The position numbers and the translations under genes were made by a program. From assembly GCA_039621445.1 (NCBI GenBank), contig CP154954.1:19082642-19146641 (forward strand): DNA of 64,000 nt, given 5' to 3'. Of the stretch, positions 24,894-64,000 are shown piece by piece. The notes beneath the pieces are model-generated. The model did not search any database and was not told the origin of the DNA. It saw nothing but the letters and a program-made list of their open reading frames with translations. The stretch's first letter is position 1. Each line of letters starts with the position of its first letter. The stretch is from Euglena gracilis. Lineage: Eukaryota.

Positions 24894-27800
24894 CTGGCAC
24901 TCTATTCCAACAGTGACTTGTTCGGTGGGGTCATCGTCGATCAAGGCACTTCAAGCCTCCTATGATGCAAAAGCAAGCAAAAAAAAGGTCGGTTCCTAAT
25001 ACCAGTCATACCCTGTTGCACCACGTCACAAGAGCACCTCCAATGGCTTGCAGCACAAGACACCATCATCTGACAAGCGGTATCAAATGAGAGGGAGGGG
25101 TGGTCCTGGGCCCTCCCCATTGGGGGGGGGTCGACCCCCCCATTTCCCTTGTGGAAAACACAGGGCGAAGCGCTGAAAAACTTTTTTTGAGGGGGTTTAA
25201 AAAATTACTTCAAATCGCATTTTCAGGAGGTTTTTTTTGACAATTTGACAAAACAGGTGATGGAAACATAAACCTCCAGCATATGGCCTGACCCCTCCCC
25301 CCCTCCTCTCCCCTGTACAAAACCAACTGAATTCCCTGAGCCCGAGGAGGTAGACTTATGGGTGAGGGAAACCGTGGGATGCGTGGCACACTGTCCAAGA
25401 GCAGCAAAAGGCTGGCAATGCATTCATCCCCTTCGATACGATGACACAATATCAAACGGCAATCGGCGCATGTGAGGTAGTTTGGGAGGGCAGCGGAAGA
25501 CAGGCTGAAAGAGACGGCGATTCTTTTGGGTGGGATGTGGAATGTTTGGAAGCCAACGTCGCGGGGGTTGACAGAGGTATGTCAGGGGTGAATGTCAGGC
25601 ATGACAGGGGTAAATGCTGGCGTTGTGTTGAAGTCGTGGTGGGAAACGCCGCTTGCATTCACGTGCCTGGACCAAAGACATCATCGGTGTTTGACGCTTG
25701 AAACTTGAAAATATCTTTTCAAAGTCATTTAACCGGGGTCATTTGGGGGGGGGCGGATTATGCAGGGGGGAATGAGTGGGCCCGAACTCGGAAAATGCGC
25801 AAAATTGTGCAAATTCTGAAAGAAAAAGCACAAGAATTGCGAACACGCAAAGCCAACCATTTTAAAGGAATCATATGAAAAAAATGCACAAAATCTGATC
25901 TTGAAGAAAATTGAAAATCTTAAATAAAAGTGGAAAATTACAAAATTGTTCAAAAATGCCAAAAATTGGACAATCAGAAAAAATGCACAAAGTATGCGAA
26001 AAACCCAAAAATGCGAGATTGGAAAAAGCAAAAATGTGCGTTTTTGGAAAACTGAAAAATGGACGAAAAAGCGCGGAAAATGTGCTGCAGCCCCTGGATT
26101 TTGACTGACAATTCCTTCTGACTACCCCGCCTCCTTTGGTAAAAGCAAACCCAGAGTTTACCAACTCCCGAGCTTCATAAATCAGGTAACTTACACAGGG
26201 AGAGAAGAGCTGGACAAATGATGCCAGTTGTCGGGGGACATTTGGAGAAAAAAGCATAAATCCAATGTTGGTTGTGAGATGGGAATTAACTGCTTTCCTA
26301 AGTCTTGACTCTCGGCTAATGGCCTGCCAGATCCGCAATCAGTCAAATTGGCTGGGTGCAATGCTCTCTCCCCTTTGGACATTTGTAATTTTTTTTTTCA
26401 AATGCTTTTCATTGTTCCCACAACCACATTAAATCAATGAGTAAAATTGGCAACGGAGCAGAAAAAATGCTTGAATTGGATAACGTAAATTAATTCCATG
26501 CGAAACCGCAAATTCGATGCCTGAAAAAGACCAAACCAAGGATTGGCTAATGATGGTATCTCTTCCGTGGAAAGAAAGGCAGAAAGAAGGAAACTGGGAA
26601 CAGAAAAAAGACAAATACGGATGACGCTGAGACGTCTGGCGAAATCGAACTCAGGCGAAAGAGGCGGGCGGTCAACAAGCAGAGGGGTGGCCATTCTTCC
26701 TCCAATCACCGCTGGTTCCCTGACCGAGGGGGTGGTGGTGGCCACGGTGCAAAAAAACTGGTCCTCCACGGTTCTGTTCGGGAGGGCGGTTCCTACATGT
26801 GATTCTGCAACTTCTTTCTTACGGTTTTCTTAAGGACCCTGGGGGGGTCCTGTGGCCAGCTGGAAAGCTGGACCCCCCCCCCCCGGGTCCGGCTGGCTGG
26901 CAGCTGGACCTGGCAGGGACCCGAAAACAGGCAAAACAGCACAAATCCAGCTGGGTTGGAATCTTTTGACCAAAATTAGGAGGTAAAAAGGAAACGAAGG
27001 ACCCCTCCAAAATGCCATTTTCCGGCCATTTTACCTCTTTTCAAAAAAATTTCTTTATCTCGGCGTATCCCGGCTAGCGCAGCCCGGCTGGGAGGTGTTG
27101 GCGATTACCAATCTGCCAGAAATTCTGGTTGCTAGAATAGAATTAAAAAAGATGGTCAAAATAGTCTTCCGGGTGTCTTTTTTGAACTTTTCCATTGTTT
27201 CCCGTCATCGGACTGTGTATGCATTCTGGATCAAATCTTTCCAAATGATGTGCACCCACGCCCAGTGTTCAACCCCGACAAATCCCCACGAAACCTGACA
27301 CAGCAAAATAAAAAAAATCAAAATTTTCCCCGGATGCTGTCATGTCCAAAAGATCTGTCACCCAGAAGACCCCTTGGACCATGCGACTTATAAAATGACC
27401 GTTTCCTCATGTTGTTTACCTCTCATATGCCCAATGCGCGCATACTGACATGCAGTGTCAGCAGCCTTTTGTATTTGTGTTCTCAACTCCTCGCCCCGAA
27501 AATTGTCATGCCTGGGAACCAGGGAGTAGGGGCCAAAATATGGGAATCAACCCCAAAACTGTCTAAGGCACTTTTGTGAAAGATGCAATGGTGCCATAAT
27601 ACTGTGGACCAGGCGGCAATGGTGCCATGGGACCGGATACAGGGTACGGCCTAGTTTACGGCTACGGCCAGGACGTGGACAGTGCTATGTGAAAGCTTAG
27701 GCCAAATGGCGAAGCCAGGAACCTCGCGATCTCTCAGAGAGCTGAGTTAAGACATCTGGTTTCCTAATTTCCCCTTAAAGAGTTTGGTTGCTTTCGTTAG

Positions 27801-28988
27801 TAATTGCATGAGTCTCCCATCCAAAAGCCAACAGCATTTTCCAGCCTCGAACTTCCAAAAAAGTTTAATGATGTCTAACCGCCCAAAGGGCAATATTGAT
27901 GGCAGCAGTCCCTATCAAGCTACCCCAATTTTCCAATTCCCACAGTGAGATGGGATGCCTGCCCTCCCAGCATCCACCCTCCCAGCATCAAAGCCATTTT
28001 ACGGCACAATTCGACCCCAGGCTCCGGACCCCCCAAATCTCCCCGGGGTTGGTCAAACTCAGCCTGCCAAAACTGCTCATCCCCACATAGCCAAAGACAA
28101 ACGATTCGCTTGAGGATTCTGTTGATTCTGTTCCGGGGTTCCGGCGCGGAGTGCATCGGCCGAGTGTGACCCCGCCCCCCCCCCCCCGGGTCGGACCTGA
28201 GTGCGTTCGAGTGCCTTCCCAGGCAGGCAAACCCCCGTCGGGTCAGTTCACCTTAAGCTTTGCCTGCTTTATGGGAAACTGAGAAAGTGGAGAAAATAAC
28301 AGCAATCGTTTTGAGGCAGAGCCTCACCTCCCACAAGAGAGCACGGGCACGGCGAAAGAAGTCCGGCGGTGAATGAAGCGGTGCGGCTGGAAGCAATGTG
28401 TTGGAGGCGGAGAAGAAAAGCATGTGGACCAGGTGCACCACGACCCCAGCCTCCAAACGCCAAAACCATTGAAGAGGAGGGGACAACGCCGGAGCAGGCT
28501 TGTGCTTACCGGGGTGCTATAGGGTGCCTCCCCCGGGGGGGGGGGTCCGTGGGAGGACCCAGAAAATTTTCATTGAAAATGGCCTTTTTCCCGTTACCGC
28601 AAGCATATTTGCGCTTTAGAGCTTTAGAGTGCTTTAGATTTCCGCCAACACTGTTCGTCAAGCAGTTGCGGTTCCATATCTCCTACGCCAAAACCACCAC
28701 CCCAAAAACCCTCACAACTACAATCACAACTACAATTGCAGAAGTGCAAAAGCAGTGGCGATTTGCACATCAGTTGTGAGGTCTTTGAGTTATCACTCTC
28801 TGCCGAGGATGAAAACAGAGTGCACAATGAACACAGCGCCTTGCAATCCTTCATAGACCACGGACAGACTGTGCACCGTGACAGCGTCAACGGGGATGGA
28901 GTGCAAATGGGGCAGAGTACTCACGGCCTTTTATGTGTTTTGTGCATTGCGTTGTGTGTGTGTAGCTGTGTGTGTTTGCGCGAGCGTG

Positions 28989-29041
<53 letters not shown>

Positions 29042-30230
29042 CGCGCACGAGGAGCGGCGGATTCATTCGGATGTGCCCACCAGTGGAAAGCCATTCACAA
29101 AACCACATTATGTACGAGGCGGCATTGCTCCGAACGACTCTTGAAGAAAGCCTAAAGCAGTCCTAAACGGCTGTCTCCAAGCCACTACCCCCACAGCACG
29201 TGCTCCCAGCATGGGCTGCCTGGCCAGTGCTTTGAGCTGGGCTTGGATTGGCATACGGGAGGGCTTGGGATTCAGAATTGGAAAATGTTTGATCCTGTTG
29301 CTGGACGAAGGCGGGGGAGCTTCGCCTATTTTTTTTGCCGATTTTCGGTGCACTGGAAGTTTTATCTGGCCCCCCAAAGTGGTTCCCCCTCCCCCTCCCC
29401 CCTCCTCGCTGGGAGGCAAGGGCCACTCCCTGTTGTGGGGGGGGGGGGGCTTGGTCGTAAAAAAAAAAGGCAGCTATGCCCCATTGCACTGTGCGAAACC
29501 GGTGGGGTGACCCACTGAACCGGACCCCCTAACTCCGATGGGGGGGTCCAGTTGACCCACCCATCCAACCCCCACCAAACCCCATCCTGAACACTGCTGC
29601 ATGTGGCAGGGCCGAACCAGTGTGCTCACACGACGATTTGACCAAAAGGAACCCGTCAACTAAGACACGGATTTGTTAGGAAAATAAACATTTGTCCTTA
29701 AAATGAGACTTTGCCAAAAAATGCAGAAATTAAGGATTCAACACATAATATCAGTAGTTTTCCACCCAAAACGGTGTACAAACCTTCCTCTGTCGCACAA
29801 GTCAGGGAATACGCAGGAAAAGACAGGTCCCCATGAAGACAGGATCAGCAAATAGGGGACCAGAGGGCAATTTCCCATATTTGTCTTCTTTCACAAAGAG
29901 AAAGAAGACAAATGTGGAAAAAAAATTGTTCTTTCAGTTTTTTTTTGTCGAATGGGGGTTTAAAAGAATAGGGTCAGGTAAAAAAAAAGCTTGCAATTCC
30001 TTTCAAAGCGCAAATTGTGCGTTTCCAACAAAAAAATTAGTGAGGCAGGTTATTGGGTAAAAGGGCGGGAGACTGACATGGGAGATCTCATTGGAGACAG
30101 GAAGATCCTGTGGCAGAAGATAAACAGAGAGGACACTAACGCCAAACGGGTAACGTTTATTACCGGAGACAAATTATTAATTTCTCGACAGATTTGTTTT
30201 AATTCAATACAGCCCACATCAATCTTCAGG

Positions 30231-30231
<1 letters not shown>

Positions 30232-30290
<59 letters not shown>
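30232..30290. repeat. (AT)n microsatellite
   Basis: Directly visible. Confidence 0.95.
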
Positions 30291-30293
<3 letters not shown>

Positions 30294-30630
30294 CAATGTA
30301 TATAATATAATATAATTTGATTTCAGAGTACAAATTGAAGATTTGGTGTGAACACCTTGGTATCAAATGTGCAAATAACCCTTGTGGCCAAATTTTACTC
30401 TTGGTGGCTTCCTACTGCCGAAAGAACGTTTTCCCCAGCGCTGCAAAGTTAGGAGGTTGCGATGAATTTTGGATTCTCCCTTGAAGAGTATTTCACTATT
30501 GAAGGTGTATTTCTCATTTTTCTTCTTCATCCCATGCACAGGGAGCGGCACAGCACGAATGGTGCGACACATGGGGTGCCGTCTGTATTGTTTGAATTTC
30601 TATTTGTGTGTGTGTGTGTGTGTTGTGTTG

Positions 30631-30682
<52 letters not shown>

Positions 30683-31577
30683 TGTGCAAATCAAAGTGGG
30701 GGAGCTGAGGAGTTCATGTTCATACAGTTCTCGTCACAGACGGATGGTGCCACAGAGTGTGGTGACGTGCGAGGAGGCAGAGAGGGCATCATGCCAGAGA
30801 GTCGACGTGGGGGACTGCCATTGGTTTGATGCAACAACAAACACACCAGACAGCTTTGTGGAACTTGTTTAGCAGAACACATCGTGCCTCATGCCAGGTG
30901 TTGGGTTGCGGGATGCAGGGCAGAGTTGGTACTGTATATATTTACATATACAGTGATACACTGTATACTGTACATGTACAGTGGTGGGCCAGTATATATG
31001 CATGTACATGTACACATAGTCACAATATAACATTTACACACAGCCATAAAGTTAAGGCCCCGGGGCCCTTGACCCATACGACCCAGGGGAGGGTCGTATG
31101 GTGGGACCCGGGTCCGACTTTTCGGAAAGTTGGGGTTATTGATTGGGATAGGGTTAGGGTTCCGACCAGCCTCCCGCCGGGCTCCAATTATTGGAAAGTT
31201 AGGGAGCAGTTAGGCTGCATTCCGGATGAATTCCGGCCGAATTTAGGCCGAATTCGGGCGATTCAAAAAACCTTCCCAAAATGGGACCTAACCTCCGGCC
31301 CAACCTGGTCCCTAAAAAGGGCCAATTTTTGGTGGGCCAACCCTAACCCTAACCGTATTCCTAAAATGAAGCGCCAACCCTCCCCGGATCCGCCGCCGAT
31401 GGCCCGGAAACTGCGCACTTCCCCCGCGCTGCGGGACCGAAAAGCCAAAAGATCGGGCCCGCATCCCACCCATACAATTTTTTGCTGACCCGGAAGGACT
31501 CTTCGAAAAACCAGTCTGTCACTTTTCCGCGAAACCAGTCAGTCACTACCCCCCCCCCCCTCCCGAGGGGTCGGCCA

Positions 31578-31804
31578 CAGGGGTTTTCTTAAGGACCCGG
31601 GGGGGGGGGTCCAGCCAGCAGCCCATTTGGCTGGCCAACCTGCGGCCGGCGGCGGGGCTGGACCCAACTTTATTTCACTCGACCCCCGGGGGGGGGGAGC
31701 TACCACTCCGAATTTGGGCTGCTGGCTGGATTTGAGCTGCTGGCTGGCTGGACCCCCCCCCCCCCCCGGGGGATAGGGTCCCCTCCGGCTTAAGAAAACC
31801 CCTG
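31578..31804. mobile_element. hAT-like MITE (CAGGGGTTTTCTTAAG family) with perfect 8-bp TSD, nested in another MITE
   Basis: GTCGGCCA at 31570-77 and 31805-12. 16-bp TIR CAGGGGTTTTCTTAAG. Confidence 0.92.
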
Positions 31805-32164
31805 GTCGGCCAATCAGGAAACCGGCTACTTTCCAGCCAGTTTAGTCCATTTTAAGCCGAAAAAAAATTTCTCCCCGGCACCTTCCGGGTCACTCAAGCC
31901 ACTTTTCCTCACCCCTGGCAGACGGCCAAAAACCAATCAGTCACTCTGAAGAACCAGTCAACCTTCGGGGGGGGGGGCAGGCCAGTGCGTAAGCAATTGA
32001 CTGATCCCACCATATGACTCCCCGCTGGGTGAAGTAAAGGGCCACGTCAGGGGGGGGGGGCTTTACTTTGTAGCTGCCATTGCCATGTATATGTTATATA
32101 TATGACAGCCATTGGTTATACGACTCCCCATGGGGGTGGTCATATAATCCAGGGAGTCAAAATT

Positions 32165-32308
32165 TTTTGGGGGTTATTGATGAAATAGGGTTAGGGTTAG
32201 GAGTTCGGCCTCACTTTAGGCCTTTGTGCACCTAATACTAATCTATAACTTAGGCCTAAATTTAGGCCTGACTCCTAACCCTAACCCCATTCCATCAACA
32301 ACCCAAAA
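32165..32308. repeat. Fold-back inverted repeat containing TTAGGG/CCCTAA hexamers
   Basis: ~60-bp imperfect arms with a short spacer. Confidence 0.8.
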
Positions 32309-33217
32309 CCAATGGCTGCCATATATTTGTATGTGTGTGTGGTAGAATACTCATGCCCCCTCACCAAAATGACAAATATACATGTATACACACACACAGC
32401 TTAAACAAAGGAGAGGGAGTATATATAATTGTTTAACAATAGCAGGAAGTCATTCCTTTCATCATAAACACCAAAAAGGTCAAAAATATTGCCCTTATGT
32501 GTTACCCAATGATCCACAGAGACCGTCAGAGATTGTCTTTGGGGTCGCCCAACCGGAGAGCAAATCCTTCCCCCTGCCATCAACTGATATTGTCCCGTGG
32601 GTGTGCCACGGAATGGCATTTACAAACATCCGGTGGCTGTCAGCAAAGCTCGGCAGCGAAGGGGGCAGACCTCTCTTCTTCATCCATCCGAGTGTTCTTT
32701 GCTGCAGGGCTATGTCATCGGTGTCTTATGATCCAAAAATGGTGATTGTCCGAACCCGTTTGGCAAAAAAAGTGGAAATAGCTAGCAAATCTAAGCTGGT
32801 TTGGGACACGCTGAAAAGCTGCAGGTTCGCCGACGAAAACTGGCCCAAAACAGTAATTGTTCCGGAACTGAAAACAATGACTGGTCCATTGACCACATGC
32901 CTATCAATGAGAATATCAAATAGCGATAAACAATGATTCAAAAGATTGGGTCCGTTGCAAAAATGGTGACTTTGCTCACTGGTGGTTATGTCTGTCTGTA
33001 CGTGTGAGGGAAGCCTGAGTGAAGCACATACACAAAAATAGAGTGGATGGGCGATTGGCAAGTGGCAGAAATTGAAAATTGTGTGGTGGTGCGGCAGGAG
33101 AGTGATTTCTGATGGGTAACCTGGGCAGATTAGTTGGTGAGAGAAAAGTAACTCACATTCCTGGCAGATGCTCAAATTACAACATTTACAGGACACACTT
33201 TCAGGCGCAAACACACC

Positions 33218-33338
<121 letters not shown>

Positions 33339-34374
33339 CCGATTGATAAATAGAGGCCGGAGGAGACATGTGCCTGTTTCAGGGAAACAAAAAAAGGCCA
33401 TTCCAGCGGAAACTGCCAACTTTTGCCAGGAATGTGTCAGGGCAAGGTTGCATCACATGGGTATTATACTCAAACCCAGAGGGTGAAAGCAAGCAACTGA
33501 GGAGGGAATCGACCAGAAAACTGTTTCTTTTTGTTGAACTGAACCCTTTGGGGGATTCAATTCCACTCTTTCAAAACCAGTCAGTCACCCCACCGGGGGG
33601 GGGGGGGAGGTTGAGCCCCTCGGTCCTGATGATCCGAACAGCGCGTTCTGGAGGCTGTTGGTTTTGTGTTCAGCGGCTTTCACTCAATGAACAGCAATCT
33701 ACGGGCCAATCCAGGCAATCCAGGACACTCATTTCGACTTTCTTATTTTTTTTTGAATTTTCGACCCCGTTCGATCCCCAGACCAGCCTCAGGGCGGGAT
33801 CAGGGGAAACAACCAAATGTGAAGAAAACGGCCTTCAGCGCCGGAAAACTTTGGTGGTTCTTTTGTCAACCTCCTGCAGGGGGTTGGGTCAAAAACGATG
33901 CAGTCGCTCTGAAAATGCCCATCAATCACACCAAACAGTGCAGTCACACCTTTTCTCCAGGGGGGGGGGAACTAAGTGATTGAGTAGAACCCCACTACTG
34001 CACCGCCTCAGGCAGTCATTTCGCCCGAACAGCCTCAGGCCAACAACACCGTCCCCCTTCCTGTTTGTGGCTTATCCGGTATCAGGTAAGTCTTGGCAAT
34101 GGCACCACCTGACCGCCCTTTAATTCGTCCATTGAGGGGCTGTGGTAATTGGAAAAGGGGAGCAGAGGGTAATTGGAGGGGGGGGGAGGGGCAGAAAACC
34201 TCCAGTGGGATAAACAAGGAGAAAGAAGAGGTTTGTTGAAAGCAAACACGTCTTTTATTTGTTGCTGTGGATACTCTGGACGAGAAAGTGCGTTGTGACG
34301 CGGCGTTGCCTTCACATCGCAAAAAAGACGAGGCAATTCCCCATCGACTGCGTTGCAGCACGCTCCCCTCCAGC

Positions 34375-64000
<29,626 letters not shown>

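Noticed and set aside
32380-33180. Overlapping 184/202-aa ORFs, possible DDE transposase
   Set aside because: No convincing catalytic motifs or TIRs were identified.

Overview
Repeat-rich eukaryotic genomic DNA, most likely euglenid (Euglena-like), judged from introns that lack GT-AG and instead have paired ends with CAG at +4..+6 and CTG at -8..-6. Two multi-exon genes lie on the minus strand. (A) A 5'-truncated receptor-type class III adenylate cyclase (extracellular region, TM helix, HAMP, catalytic domain) runs from beyond 64000 to 34375 in about 21 short exons, with almost all introns nonconventional. (B) An M43 (pappalysin/ulilysin-type) metalloprotease with EGF-like repeats, a ZU5/GAIN-like module and a C-terminal hydrophobic anchor runs from ~22756 to 1571, with mostly GT-AG introns. 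Introns and intergenic DNA are full of MITEs (CAG...CTG ends with 8-bp TSDs, and TA-TSD Tc1/mariner-like families), decayed DIRS, Gypsy, hAT and pogo fragments, palindromes and microsatellites. The main observation is that some nonconventional introns are hAT-like MITEs still flanked by an 8-bp target-site duplication. The 3 nt + 5 nt offset of the splice sites removes exactly one TSD copy, which suggests an introner-like system. All exon coordinates were derived by hand and several junctions are unresolved. Most ORF-track entries are repeat artefacts.
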